DNA of 64,000 bases from Rubripirellula sp. (GTDB lineage: Bacteria; Planctomycetota; Planctomycetia; Pirellulales; Pirellulaceae): positions 160,001 to 224,000 of the forward strand of contig OZ244207.1 in assembly GCA_965216875.1 (NCBI GenBank). The letters are read 5' to 3'. Both the position numbers and the translations under genes were made by a program. A model generated the notes under the pieces. It searched no databases. It saw nothing but the letters and a program-made list of their open reading frames with translations, and had not been told where the DNA came from. Positions 40,884 through 51,821 of this stretch are shown here, piece after piece (the stretch's first letter is position 1; each line of letters starts with the position of its first letter).

Positions 40884-43800
40884 TTAGGTTGAACCGATGA
40901 GTTCGCTCAACTCGCGAGTTGCAACCGCAAAATCGAGCGAGTGAGCACGAGCGTAGATGTGACCCAAGTCTGCGATCACAGCATGGTCCTGCTCTTCGGC
41001 TGCAAGCTCGATCGCTTTCGAGAGTGCGTCTGGTGGCGGTAGCGAATCGATCGCGAGATCAAGCTGCTGACCAATTTCATCTGGCAAGACCCAATCCAGA
41101 TGTCGGCGACTGAGGTACCGTCCGTTCTGCTCGACCCAATCCTCCAATCCAGCAACGAGTGTCGCTCTGAGCTGTCCAACTGGGCGGAAGACGAAGAGGC
41201 ACATCTGAAAGAGCTCCGAGACGTCCTCGATCAGGAAGTCTGCTTTCGCACTACGAAATGGCTCATCGGCGGCTGCACGCTTCAGCGCGTCCCATTTCTC
41301 TTCCGCCGAAAGCCCCATCGCCGTGAGGTAGCTGCGCATCGAATCGTGAAAAAAGTCGACCTCGCCCAACGAACCGACGCGGCCGGCCCTCGCGCCAAGT
41401 TGCGGGACGGATTCGAGTTCAACCAGCACGCCTGCTTGCAAGAGTTGTTCAACGAGTGCTCGTTGATTGGGGGCCAGTGATGGCAATGGAATCGTTTGGT
41501 ATTCGTTTACCCAATAGTTTTGCAGACACAATTGCGATGTTTCTCGCAACAGATCACGTTCCCGTGCATCGGGGACGCTACGGACCACCAGGGCGTAAAA
41601 AGCTGCGTTGTAGATCTCGGGTATGGATTTGGCATTGCCACCAGCGAGAATCGCCAGGCGAATCAAAATCGGTAGGTAGGTTCCTTCGCGAGACCGACAT
41701 GCGAGTCGTACTTCATCCGTGAGCGATTGGCCGGGAGTCTGCTCGTCCTCAAAGTAAGCCTGTTCGAAGTTCTCGATCGTTTCATCGTCCAAGCAAAGCG
41801 GGTTGGCAAAAGCAGTCTGTTCAAAAGAATCAAACAGGAACTCGAACTCGTGTCGAGGGCGTTGGGACACCAGCAGTTTTGCTGCCGTTCCAAAACGCCC
41901 TCTTAGAAACTCGGAAAAGGCTTCCGGAGATGGGCCCGTTTCGCTGATGCCATCGAAAACCAAAACGAAATCGCCGGCAAGCAGTTGGGCCTCGAGAGCT
42001 TCGTCAGAAACATAGTGGCGTCCTAGACTCATGCGCACCGACTCTTCCACCGAGTCCCCTAGTCGGTCGCACAGGATCGGGAGAGGGCACGAAGCATTGT
42101 TGTTCCATCTTTCGAGCAGTTCGCAGATGACTTGACGCAAGAGTGCCGTCTTTCCACGTCCCCCCGGCGACACGATGACGACGTTGCTCGCGGCCGGTGC
42201 GGAAAGCAACTCCACGATTCGCGCGGCGGGTTGAGTGCAGACCTCGGCAGCCAGTTCTTGTTTCTTGACAACGGCAGGTACAGCGACGTAGCGTTCACGG
42301 TTGGCGGCACGTCGTGAATGGTCCACCTTCGCTTTGAGTTCAATGCCATAGGCTCGAAAAAGACGGGCTCGGATCGGCCGCAGCGTGAGTGCCGCTGCAC
42401 AGAGCCAATGAAAGGGGGCAACCTGCGCCAACGCTCGAAAGAATCGCGGGGACATCATTCCGACGGGCAAACATACCAAGGCGGTTGCGATCAACATCCA
42501 CATCAGCAAGGTGCCATCCAGGTTTGCCCATTCGATGAAAGACGAATACGAACTGGCTGCAACACCGACCAGCCAGTAAAGGCTTGGCATCCAGAGGGTC
42601 GTGAATCGCACACCACTGCCCAACTTGACGGTGACGACGATGGCGGACGCGATGACCAAGAACGCGATGATCGTTCGAAACCATGTGCGGTTAATCAGCG
42701 GGGCGACGAACTCAACATTGCTCCATTGATACACGCGTCGTCCCGAATACTCATCTGAGTACTCGAGCGAAATCCTGTGATTCGAATTGAGTTCCGGGGT
42801 GCTTTCCCAAGTGATACGGACCTCATCCTCGCTTATGCCTTGCCGAGCGTAGCCAATTCGGTTGCCATCGGCGTCGACAACCTCGATACGAACTCGCCCC
42901 AGTCGGTGCGCGTCTTCGTCGCTGTAGGGGACGTCGACATGGTATTTCCAGGGTGCATTCAGAAAACGCCTGTCGACGGTGATCGAGTTGCCTTTCTCGC
43001 TGTAACGATCGAGTGACACGCCAGCAACATTAAGGAATGTTTCATCGTTTGTTCGCGCCTCGTCCTTCACCTCTTCAACGGGCTCAGCTTCTGCGTCAAA
43101 GAAGCGCACGATGTAGGATTCAGTCATTCCATTAAGAATCAACTCGTCAGGTTGGTTGCCCGTTTGCATTTCATAGATTTCGACCATACGCAGCGAAGTG
43201 GGCACCGTCTCGCCGGGTAGGTTGGCATCCACAACAAAGACTCCCGATCCTTCTGCAGCAAGGACAGCGCGGCTCGCATCACCGACCGTTTTCATCCTTG
43301 CGATTCGGGCCTTCAAAGAGAGGCGGTTGATAACTTGATAGGAATCGAGATGAATGCAAAAGACCTCCGCGCGGCGGCGAATCGACGAGTTGACGCAAAC
43401 CCAGAAATACTCTGCAACTTTGTTGGGCTGTTGAACAAAATGCGAATGGGGACCTGTGTCACCTAAACTCGAATGTGCGCTGTCGCAGACGAGTGACGAG
43501 ATGCCCTCGTGCAAGCTGATCGGCTCGTCCGACTTGACCTGCTCGATCTTTCCACTGGCAAGGTCAAACACCTGGATGCCGTCTTCAAGCACGATGCCGA
43601 ACCGCTCGCTACTGAGTGGTGCGATTGCGAGTACTCCCTCAGAGGAATGTGGTTTGGTCGCGACCAGTTCCTGTTCCGAAAGCGTTCGGTCGAACACGTA
43701 AAGTTCGCCCGCTTTCCCACACAACGCGGCGATGTGCTTTCCGTCGAAAGCTGGGAAGATTGCATAGTGAGAATTCAGGGCCGGGTGTTCGATCTTCTTG

Positions 43801-44672
43801 TGTGTTCCGTCTGCGCCCAAAAACAAGATTGATTTCGCAGCCGTCCAATCGGAGATCCATGCCGAGCCATCGTCCTCGGCAATTGAAAACTGGGGAAAGA
43901 CTCCATCGAAGACGGGGGCTCCGACCGAGATTTTCTCTTCCTCGAATTGGGTTTGGTAAAAAGCCACCTTCATCTGCGGCGCGTTGGTGATGCCTTCGCG
44001 AAAGCTGTCCACCAAGCCGCCCAGTAAGTTCGTGCTTTCACCAGACGTCCAGAGCTTTCCCTGAAGGTTCGAGGTGAGCGGGCTGCCGAAATAGGGGTTG
44101 GCGATCGTTGCCAGCTCGCGTCCCGATTCATCAACAACGTCGACAGAGGTTCGGTAAGGACCGATTTCGGAAAAGACGTACGCCTTGGTTCCATGATCAA
44201 ACGGGATGACTCCGTAGATGAGCCGGTCGCGGTAAAAGTCTCTAGCGCTCACCGACTGGTTGTCTTCGTTTGCAACGAATACTCCCTTGCGTCGAAAACT
44301 ATAGAACCAAATGCGGCTACCTTGGGAAACAAAAGTCCAGCTAATGCCCGGCCCCGGAACGAACGGGTCATGCATCAGTTGTGCCCACAGTCCCGTTGGA
44401 AGAACGGTCACCTCTGTTTCCAGATCCAGTTCGTCACCGACCTGCTCGCCCCGCTTATTGAGCAGACGCACCTGCATGCGCGTTCCACCCTGGTCGTCGC
44501 ATGCCCAGTAATGCTGCCCATCGTCTTGCGGAACGATTCGTGACGTCTGGGGAATTCGGTGAACATCAATTCCATGGAATCGAAGTTCTTGTTGCCCAAA
44601 TGCTTGGTGCGTAGGAAACACCATGCTGATGACATACATCGAATGCAATAGAATCCACGTACTGGATCGCAT
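40884..44672 (-). CDS. Membrane-spanning NACHT/STAND NTPase with N-terminal beta-rich domain
   Basis: Signal-like N-terminus, ~650 aa beta-rich region, ~3 TM helices, Walker A SPGGRGKT, Walker B FVLVFDGISE, sensor LLVSQR, LPIL, winged-helix FFHDSMRSYL. Confidence 0.75.
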   Translation of the reverse strand: MRSSTWILLHSMYVISMVFPTHQAFGQQELRFHGIDVHRIPQTSRIVPQDDGQHYWACDDQGGTRMQVRLLNKRGEQVGDELDLETEVTVLPTGLWAQLMHDPFVPGPGISWTFVSQGSRIWFYSFRRKGVFVANEDNQSVSARDFYRDRLIYGVIPFDHGTKAYVFSEIGPYRTSVDVVDESGRELATIANPYFGSPLTSNLQGKLWTSGESTNLLGGLVDSFREGITNAPQMKVAFYQTQFEEEKISVGAPVFDGVFPQFSIAEDDGSAWISDWTAAKSILFLGADGTHKKIEHPALNSHYAIFPAFDGKHIAALCGKAGELYVFDRTLSEQELVATKPHSSEGVLAIAPLSSERFGIVLEDGIQVFDLASGKIEQVKSDEPISLHEGISSLVCDSAHSSLGDTGPHSHFVQQPNKVAEYFWVCVNSSIRRRAEVFCIHLDSYQVINRLSLKARIARMKTVGDASRAVLAAEGSGVFVVDANLPGETVPTSLRMVEIYEMQTGNQPDELILNGMTESYIVRFFDAEAEPVEEVKDEARTNDETFLNVAGVSLDRYSEKGNSITVDRRFLNAPWKYHVDVPYSDEDAHRLGRVRIEVVDADGNRIGYARQGISEDEVRITWESTPELNSNHRISLEYSDEYSGRRVYQWSNVEFVAPLINRTWFRTIIAFLVIASAIVVTVKLGSGVRFTTLWMPSLYWLVGVAASSYSSFIEWANLDGTLLMWMLIATALVCLPVGMMSPRFFRALAQVAPFHWLCAAALTLRPIRARLFRAYGIELKAKVDHSRRAANRERYVAVPAVVKKQELAAEVCTQPAARIVELLSAPAASNVVIVSPGGRGKTALLRQVICELLERWNNNASCPLPILCDRLGDSVEESVRMSLGRHYVSDEALEAQLLAGDFVLVFDGISETGPSPEAFSEFLRGRFGTAAKLLVSQRPRHEFEFLFDSFEQTAFANPLCLDDETIENFEQAYFEDEQTPGQSLTDEVRLACRSREGTYLPILIRLAILAGGNAKSIPEIYNAAFYALVVRSVPDARERDLLRETSQLCLQNYWVNEYQTIPLPSLAPNQRALVEQLLQAGVLVELESVPQLGARAGRVGSLGEVDFFHDSMRSYLTAMGLSAEEKWDALKRAAADEPFRSAKADFLIEDVSELFQMCLFVFRPVGQLRATLVAGLEDWVEQNGRYLSRRHLDWVLPDEIGQQLDLAIDSLPPPDALSKAIELAAEEQDHAVIADLGHIYARAHSLDFAVATRELSELIGST

Positions 44673-44925
44673 GGTCTTGTGCCCTGGAAGTTGCCGTCTG
44701 CTCGCCACTGAAATGTAGCAGAAACACTTTGGGATGCGCCGGCATCTCTGCTGTTGCGATTCTCCCGTACAAACGAGAGGGTCTCGATTGGTTGAGAGAG
44801 GTGATCGTGAGGAATCATAGGTTCCTCGTGGTAGCTTGATCAGCGAAACCTTTGTTCAGTTGATTGGTTCCATCAAGTACGAGAATCTTTCTCCCACACG
44901 ACTAGGTATTGGACGAGGAGCAGTC

Positions 44926-45645
44926 TTGAATCACCAAACGCTCAAAATCGACAGGCGTCAGCTACTTTGCAATGGGATAACAGCCGGGGCTGCCGCCTTG
45001 GTAACGCCCGGCCTTTACGCTGATTTGATTCAGACGCCCACCCAAACCGAGGGGCCGTTCTATCCCAACAAGATGCCGCTCGATACCGACAATGACTTGC
45101 TTGTGATCAACGATTCGATCACTCCTGCTGTTGGCGAAATCACGCACTTGAGTGGTCGCGTCCTCGATTCAAAAGGGAATCCTGTCCGAAACGCGTTTGT
45201 CGAGATCTGGCAAGTCGACAACAACGCGGTCTACATCCATACCGGCGACAAAACGAATCGCGCCAACCAAGACACGAATTTTCAAGGCTATGGGCGGCAT
45301 CTCACCGACTCGAAAGGAAACTACTACTTTCGCACCATCAAGCCTGTTCCTTACCCAGGTCGCACACCACATATCCATTTCGGAATCAGCTTGCACGGTC
45401 GCCGCGTGCTGACGACCCAGCTCTATGTGGCCGGTCATCCAGCCAACAAGCGAGATGGACCGTTGAATCAGATTGCTCCTGAGCTTCGCAAGTCTTTGCT
45501 TGGCGATTTCAAGCCCGTCAAGGACTCAAAGATTGGCGAACTCGCCGTCAATTTCGACATCATCCTCGGCGTCACTCCCGAGGAAGACGAAGATGGCACG
45601 ATCAAGGGGCTCGGCAAGTCCCAGTGGAGAACGCGTCGCGGGTAA
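44926..45645 (+). CDS. Intradiol ring-cleavage dioxygenase-like protein with Tat signal
   Basis: GAGGAG SD plus TTG start; IDRRQLL; TEGPFYP, VEIWQ, FRTIKP.PY, PHIH iron ligands. Confidence 0.88.
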   Translation: MNHQTLKIDRRQLLCNGITAGAAALVTPGLYADLIQTPTQTEGPFYPNKMPLDTDNDLLVINDSITPAVGEITHLSGRVLDSKGNPVRNAFVEIWQVDNNAVYIHTGDKTNRANQDTNFQGYGRHLTDSKGNYYFRTIKPVPYPGRTPHIHFGISLHGRRVLTTQLYVAGHPANKRDGPLNQIAPELRKSLLGDFKPVKDSKIGELAVNFDIILGVTPEEDEDGTIKGLGKSQWRTRRG

Positions 45646-45755
45646 TTGGGAAGCAGATTAGAAAGTTGGCTGTTCGCGAATTAGCATTCGTGTCGGTAAA
45701 TTGATAGTCGCTCGTTTTCCAGTCCGCTCGCTTCCCGCTTCAGCGATTCCGTTGC

Positions 45756-47978
45756 ATGTTGAAACTTCTTTGTGGATGGGCGTCGCAAGCGTTCGTCATC
45801 CTGCTTGTCTTTGCGTGGCCAACACACGTTTGGTCCGAGATTCGAATTGACGATACCGTTGGTGCTCCGCAAACCGCGTTCGGAGTACGCCAGATCCACA
45901 ACGCTCTGGAGGCGTCTGTTCCGCCGTCGAAATCTGACGCGTCACCAGAACGCGTTGTGAGAATCGTTGTCGACGACCAACGCGTCACCAATGGCTATTT
46001 GCTTGAGTGTACGGATTCGAGTTGCACCATTACCGGTGCGAATGAAAACGAGGCGATGTACGGCGCGCTCGATGTTGCCGAACGAGTTTCGTTAGGCACC
46101 CAATTGTGGACGCAGCAAACCGTTCGGCGCAATCCCTATTTGAAACGTCGCGGGATCAAGTTCAACATTCCTCTCGACGCCCGGACACCCAGTTATGACG
46201 ACTCGGGCGACGCGGCTCAGCGAAACATTGCCGAAATGTGGCGCATGGAGTTTTGGACTCGCATGTTCGATCAGATGGCGATCCATCGTTACAACGTGTT
46301 GACGTTTTGGAACCCGCATCCGTTTCCGTCCATGATCAAAATGGACGCCTATCCCAATGTTGCTTTGGATGACATTTGCGTCACGACTTTGAAACCGACG
46401 GGGCACGAAAACGAATGGGGCGAGCCACAACTCGTTTCCGAGAACGTGATGGAGAATCTTGCAGTCGTTCGTGAGATGACGATCGACGAAAAAATCTCCT
46501 TTTGGCAGGAGGTGATGCAGTACGCGCACGATCGCGGTATCGACATCTATTTCATTACCTGGAACGTGTGCCCCAATAGTGTTGCCCGGCCGGTCAAAGA
46601 GAATTATCGCACCTACGGCATCAACACCGAGACCGAAGAGCCGGGCAAGTACGGTGTGACACATCAGCTTGATAACCCCGCGACGATCAAGTACTTGCGA
46701 GAATCAGTCAAACAATTCTTGTTGACTTACCCGCACGTCAAAGGGATCGGCGTGACCGCGGGCGAGCATATGCCCAAGAAATGGACGGGGCAGAATCGTG
46801 AAGAATGGTTGTGGAACACGTATGGGCGAGGCATTCTCGACGCCAAGGCTGCTGAGACGAATCGCAAAGTTGACTTCATCCATCGGGTTTGGTTCACCGA
46901 CTTGACGCAAGTGATGAAGTTTTGGGGGGACTATCCCGATTCGTTTGAGTTGAGTTTCAAATACGCGAAAGCACGACTCTATTCGTCGCCGAACATTCCG
47001 TTCGCTCGAAAGCAGATTGAACAGATGAAGCCGTATGGATTGCGGTCGTGGTGGAATCTGAGGAACGACGACATCTATGTCCACCGTTGGGGCGATCCGG
47101 ACTATGTTCGCAGTTTCCTCAAGAACTTCGAACTCGATCACACAGCTGGCTTCCACATGGGATCGGATGGCTATGTCTGGGGACGCGAGTTTGCTAGTCG
47201 CCATCCAAAATCACCACGTGAGCTCGAAGTCGACAAACATTGGTACCGCTTTATGCTTTGGGGACGCCTCGGGTACACGCCTGAGTTGGGGCGTGAGTTT
47301 TTTCAACGCAAACTCGAGGAGCGGTTTCCGGGCGTCGATGCTGGCTTGTTGTACGACGCTTGGCAGACGGCATCAAAAATCATCCCGCAAGTGAATCGCG
47401 GCTACTGGCAAGACTGGGATCACATGTGGTCGGTGGAGTGTTGTCGCGGTCACGTCGAGGGTTTTCATGAAGTGACAACCTTTGCCAAAAACAAGACAAT
47501 GCAGGGGAGCGGGATTGTTCCGATTCGCAAATACGTTGCATCGAAGTTGGCAAACCAAACGAACGAAGGCATTTCGCCACGCGAAGTGGCAGACAATCTC
47601 GATCAACTCGCCACGCGTACGATTCAGATGGCCGATCGGCTTGTCAGTTCAGTTTCGGAAGACACCGGCAATCGCCGCGATCTTCTAGCAACCGTCGAAG
47701 ACCTTCGGTCGATGGCGTACCTCGGCCAATACTACGCCGACAAGTTTCGCGCAGCTGTGGACCTTGCCACGTTTCAGGCAACGGACGATTCGGTCCACCT
47801 TGAGGCTTCGTTGAAATCCATAAGCGACGCACTTGAGCACTGCCAAGCCTACGCGAGTCTCGGTAAATCGCGATACCATTCCCAAATGCTCGCTCGCCCA
47901 GGAAATTTCGATTGGGACGAGTTCGTGGCATCGGCCGAACAGGATGTCGAATTGATCAAGGAAATGAAGGTGAAGTAG
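45756..47978 (+). CDS. Secreted putative glycoside hydrolase (GH20/GH115-like N-domain, unclassified)
   Basis: Signal peptide, G....AMYG..D, RGIKFNIPLD, HPFPSM, TAGE, WWNLRNDD. Confidence 0.55.
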   Translation: MLKLLCGWASQAFVILLVFAWPTHVWSEIRIDDTVGAPQTAFGVRQIHNALEASVPPSKSDASPERVVRIVVDDQRVTNGYLLECTDSSCTITGANENEAMYGALDVAERVSLGTQLWTQQTVRRNPYLKRRGIKFNIPLDARTPSYDDSGDAAQRNIAEMWRMEFWTRMFDQMAIHRYNVLTFWNPHPFPSMIKMDAYPNVALDDICVTTLKPTGHENEWGEPQLVSENVMENLAVVREMTIDEKISFWQEVMQYAHDRGIDIYFITWNVCPNSVARPVKENYRTYGINTETEEPGKYGVTHQLDNPATIKYLRESVKQFLLTYPHVKGIGVTAGEHMPKKWTGQNREEWLWNTYGRGILDAKAAETNRKVDFIHRVWFTDLTQVMKFWGDYPDSFELSFKYAKARLYSSPNIPFARKQIEQMKPYGLRSWWNLRNDDIYVHRWGDPDYVRSFLKNFELDHTAGFHMGSDGYVWGREFASRHPKSPRELEVDKHWYRFMLWGRLGYTPELGREFFQRKLEERFPGVDAGLLYDAWQTASKIIPQVNRGYWQDWDHMWSVECCRGHVEGFHEVTTFAKNKTMQGSGIVPIRKYVASKLANQTNEGISPREVADNLDQLATRTIQMADRLVSSVSEDTGNRRDLLATVEDLRSMAYLGQYYADKFRAAVDLATFQATDDSVHLEASLKSISDALEHCQAYASLGKSRYHSQMLARPGNFDWDEFVASAEQDVELIKEMKVK

Positions 47979-48061
47979 GCCGTCAACGGCTTGTTTTTGC
48001 AAGCTGATCGGATCGGTCGCCAAATCAGACCGGTCGAGCCAGCAATCCCTCGAGGACAAAC

Positions 48062-49231
48062 GTGATCGAAGCAACTCGCAGAGCTTTCTTGAAGCAAGCC
48101 TCCGCCACCATGGCCGCCCTTTCGGTCGCGGGACGCAACCGTTCCGCGATGGCTGATTCCGTCAGAACAACACAGGTCGCGGCACAAGGATTTTTCACGC
48201 TTGGAAAGCGCAAGGGGCGCTGGTGCCTGATCACGCCGGAAGGAAAGCCGTTTTTTACCATCGGCCTGAACCACATCGATCCGGCGACGATGCGGTATCC
48301 CGAGAACATTCACCTCTGGCGTGAAAAGTACGGTGGCAGCACACTGCGTTGGATCAAAGAATCGGTCGCTCCAAACCTTCAGCAATGGGGCTTCAACAGC
48401 GTTGGTTGGGTGCAAGAGGTTTCGGTCCGCAAGTGGCGACATTCGCGCGCGTTCACCGTTGATGAATATCGGGCTTTGGAAATGCCCTACTGCCATTTGC
48501 TTCCTTTCATGGAATCGCATCAGTGGGAAAAGCACACCGTCCACTACGATTTTCGTAGTGATGACTGGAAAGAATGGTGCGACTACGCCGCGCGATCGCA
48601 TTGCGCCGAATTGAGCGAAGACCCGAACTTGATTGGGTATTTCTACAGCGACTGCCCGACCTGGACACACGCCCGTCCTGACAATGCATGGCGGGGCCCG
48701 ATCTTTGACCCAGAACGGCTGAAGTCGGAAGCGGGACGCAGGGAGCTTTCTGAGCTGGCCCGGGTTTATTACCAGACGACGCACGACGCCATCCGTCGAC
48801 ACGACAAACACCACCTGATCTTTGGCGATCGCTATGAAGCAAACGCTCCGATCGCTATGGAGGTTGTCAATGCGGCTTTGCCATTTGTTGATGTCTTGTC
48901 CTTTCAAGATTTTCGCGACCCGGTCAACCATTTAAAGGATTGGCATACAAAGACTGACAAGCCTGTTCTGCTGGCCGACGCGGCGCGGATGCGTTGGAAC
49001 ACGGCACCTGGGGAATCGACCAACAACGAAGGCGAGTGGTATGCCGACACGCTAGCGGAACTTTTCGAGACGAAGGGTTGTGTCGGATTTCATCTCTGTG
49101 GTGCCTATCAACGCAACCGAGCCCGCAGGTACGGATTGATTGACGAACAAGAACGTCCAGATGAAAAAAACGTCGCCCTCATCCAGGCGGCAAACCATCG
49201 AATCACAATGCGGATCGATGCCGAAAGGTAG
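48062..49231 (+). CDS. Tat-exported GH50/beta-agarase-like TIM-barrel protein
   Basis: TRRAFLK; WCLITPEGKPFF..GLNH, WGFNSVG, DPNLIGYF, IRRHDKHHLIFGDR, KPVL. Confidence 0.7.
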   Translation: MIEATRRAFLKQASATMAALSVAGRNRSAMADSVRTTQVAAQGFFTLGKRKGRWCLITPEGKPFFTIGLNHIDPATMRYPENIHLWREKYGGSTLRWIKESVAPNLQQWGFNSVGWVQEVSVRKWRHSRAFTVDEYRALEMPYCHLLPFMESHQWEKHTVHYDFRSDDWKEWCDYAARSHCAELSEDPNLIGYFYSDCPTWTHARPDNAWRGPIFDPERLKSEAGRRELSELARVYYQTTHDAIRRHDKHHLIFGDRYEANAPIAMEVVNAALPFVDVLSFQDFRDPVNHLKDWHTKTDKPVLLADAARMRWNTAPGESTNNEGEWYADTLAELFETKGCVGFHLCGAYQRNRARRYGLIDEQERPDEKNVALIQAANHRITMRIDAER

Positions 49232-49304
49232 CCGCTCATACAACCCAAGCCGTTGTCCCACCTTTGACGGTTCACCAGATCATGCACGATCACAACTCCC
49301 GCCC

Positions 49305-51821
49305 ATGTCCCACCTCATGAAAACCGCCTCGCCACTATTGTTGTTCGGTCTGTTCGTCGGTCTTGTCGGCGATGCTTTTGCCCAAGAGGATCGCTCTTGG
49401 GCGTCGAAGGAAAAAACGAGTTTCGCGCCGACGATTCATCATCCCAACATCAAAGCCGTCACGCTCTTTTCGCAGAACCCCGATATCGTGACTCCGGTCG
49501 GTGTTGCGGTTGCACCGGATGGTCGCGTCTTTGTTCAAGAGAACCACACGCATAAGCGGACGTCAAAGTACAAAGGCCCCGAGACCGATCGAATCCTCGT
49601 TTTCGAAGACTCCGATGGTGACGGTGTCGCCGACCGACGGAGTGTTTTTTACGAGGGGCACACCTTTAGCACCGATCTACTGTTCGGTCCTGATGGCCAT
49701 CTCTATGTCAGCACACGTTGGTTCATCGGTCGATTTCGCGATGCAGCAACGAAATCGAAAGCCGAAGGCGAACCGGAAAAGCTTGTACGGTGTGAAACCG
49801 ATGGAGATTACCCGCACAATGGCGTCGGCGGTTTGGCAATCGATCCGGCGCATCCCGACTGGCTTGCCTTTGGCTTCGGTGAAAACTTAGGTGTTGACTA
49901 CACGTTCGTTGGTTCGGATGGAACCAAACTCTCTGGTGGTGCGGAAGGCGGGTCGACCTACCGATGTCGAACGGATGGGAGTCGGTTGGTGCGTCAGTCC
50001 ACGGGGCATTGGAACGCGTTTGGGATGGCTTACGACTTGGCGGGGAATCTGTTTTCGACGGACAACGATCCGAATGCGACGCCGCCAAACCGTTTATTGC
50101 ACGTCGTTGCTGGAGCCGACTTTGGTTACGAATACCGCTACGGTCGCTCCGGAAGGCATCCGCTTGTTTGTTGGTATGGCGAGAATCCAGGAACGCTTGG
50201 GATGATCGGCGCGCTCGGTGAAGCAGCCTGTGGCGTGATCGCTCATGGACCCGGCCGCCTGCTTTCGGCATCGTGGACCGACAATCGCGTCGACTTGCAC
50301 ACGCTCGAGCCCAAGGGTGCGTCGTTCGTCGCCAGTCGCGAACCTTTCCTGAGCGGCCCCGATGACTTTCGTCCGGTTCATTTTTCCTATTCAGCCGATG
50401 GCAAGTACTTGTACTTCACCGATTGGGTCAAGATTTCGTACCCCGTCCACGGCAGTGGACGTATCTGGCGAATTGAATTCAAAGAACCTGTCGATTTGCG
50501 TCCCTTGCCGCGAACCGAGGCGGCGAAGCCACTCACGGTCGCCGCCGCTCTTGAGCATTTGGGCAATGACGACCCCTACATGCGGACGCGCGCGATTGAC
50601 GTATTGAGCAAGAAAGCGAATGCGAAAGCACTTAGGGCATTCGATTGGCAATCCAAACCACCGATCGTCCGCGCTCACTATGCCGTGGCGCTCAAGCGAA
50701 TTGCCGGCACACAGCCGGACGGAGATTCGCCCATCATCAACGCGTTGCTCGAGGACGACGACCAACGTGTTCGCTTCGTCGGCATCAAGTGGATCGCAGA
50801 CAACCAACTTGCGAATCACCGTAAAACACTCGAGCAGGTCTTGGATCGTAACGATGTAAGCCGCCGAGACCTGCGAAGCGTCGTTGCAGCGCTAGCGCGG
50901 ATTGCGGGCGCCGCCACCAAGGAGTTTTCCCCAGACGACACGTTGCTTGGAATCGCACTCGACTCAACTCGTCCGGCGGGACTGCGCGCAATGGCTCTTC
51001 AGAGCCTGAACGTCGATCACCCACGCCTGACGCTCAAAACGCTTGGTCCACTGACGGCAAGTGAAGACGAAGCGATCCGTCGAGAGGCCATACGCATGTT
51101 GTCACTCCACGCCGACCCGGCCAAATCAACGCTGCTCGCGAGGATTGCATGCGCTCCAGCGATTGACGCAAATTTGCGAGCCGATGCGATTGCTGGACTG
51201 GCATCGGTGGCAAACGATCAAATCGAAACGCTCAAGACGCTTGCGGGTGACTCGGATCCCGTCATCGCTCAAGAGGCCTCGCGCACCCTTGCTGCGACAG
51301 GGCATGTGAAACGCGTGGTAGCCGGCAAGCCTTCCGAAAAGGACCTGTCGGCTTGGAAAAGATTCGTTGATGGCGCATCGGGCAAGGCGAACCTAGCGGT
51401 GGGGCGGCGCCTCTTCTTTCATGCAAAGTTAGGCGGTTGCTACAAGTGCCATGCCATGAATGGCCGCGGGAAACAGATCGGCCCCGATTTGACGACGATT
51501 CATAACCAAAGCGATATCACACCTGATTGGCTGCTCGAACACATCGTCAATCCAAGTGCTGAGATGGCGCCCTACTACCGGCCTCAACAATTACTGACGT
51601 TTGATGGCGAGATCTTTACCGGATTGGTTGTTGGGATCGAAGGCGGAAGACAAGCCTATGTTGGTGCCGACGGTGCTATCTTTCATCTCGACAGAGATGA
51701 TGTCCAACAGCGTCGTGAACAAACCGAATCGATCATGCCAACGGGATTGCTTGATGCGATGACAGCCAACGAGATTCGCGATCTGGTTGCCTACCTGCTT
51801 CACGATGGAAACGCAAAATGA
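49305..51821 (+). CDS. PVC-type heme-binding CxxCH protein (propeller, HEAT repeats, cytochrome c)
   Basis: DRILVFEDSDGDGVAD, DWV, HEAT-like helices, CYKCH, GPDLT, SIMPTGL. Confidence 0.9.
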   Translation: MSHLMKTASPLLLFGLFVGLVGDAFAQEDRSWASKEKTSFAPTIHHPNIKAVTLFSQNPDIVTPVGVAVAPDGRVFVQENHTHKRTSKYKGPETDRILVFEDSDGDGVADRRSVFYEGHTFSTDLLFGPDGHLYVSTRWFIGRFRDAATKSKAEGEPEKLVRCETDGDYPHNGVGGLAIDPAHPDWLAFGFGENLGVDYTFVGSDGTKLSGGAEGGSTYRCRTDGSRLVRQSTGHWNAFGMAYDLAGNLFSTDNDPNATPPNRLLHVVAGADFGYEYRYGRSGRHPLVCWYGENPGTLGMIGALGEAACGVIAHGPGRLLSASWTDNRVDLHTLEPKGASFVASREPFLSGPDDFRPVHFSYSADGKYLYFTDWVKISYPVHGSGRIWRIEFKEPVDLRPLPRTEAAKPLTVAAALEHLGNDDPYMRTRAIDVLSKKANAKALRAFDWQSKPPIVRAHYAVALKRIAGTQPDGDSPIINALLEDDDQRVRFVGIKWIADNQLANHRKTLEQVLDRNDVSRRDLRSVVAALARIAGAATKEFSPDDTLLGIALDSTRPAGLRAMALQSLNVDHPRLTLKTLGPLTASEDEAIRREAIRMLSLHADPAKSTLLARIACAPAIDANLRADAIAGLASVANDQIETLKTLAGDSDPVIAQEASRTLAATGHVKRVVAGKPSEKDLSAWKRFVDGASGKANLAVGRRLFFHAKLGGCYKCHAMNGRGKQIGPDLTTIHNQSDITPDWLLEHIVNPSAEMAPYYRPQQLLTFDGEIFTGLVVGIEGGRQAYVGADGAIFHLDRDDVQQRREQTESIMPTGLLDAMTANEIRDLVAYLLHDGNAK

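Noticed and set aside
44926..45645. pcaGH aromatic degradation operon
   Set aside because: Single Tat-exported homolog with no other pca genes nearby; no symbol assigned.
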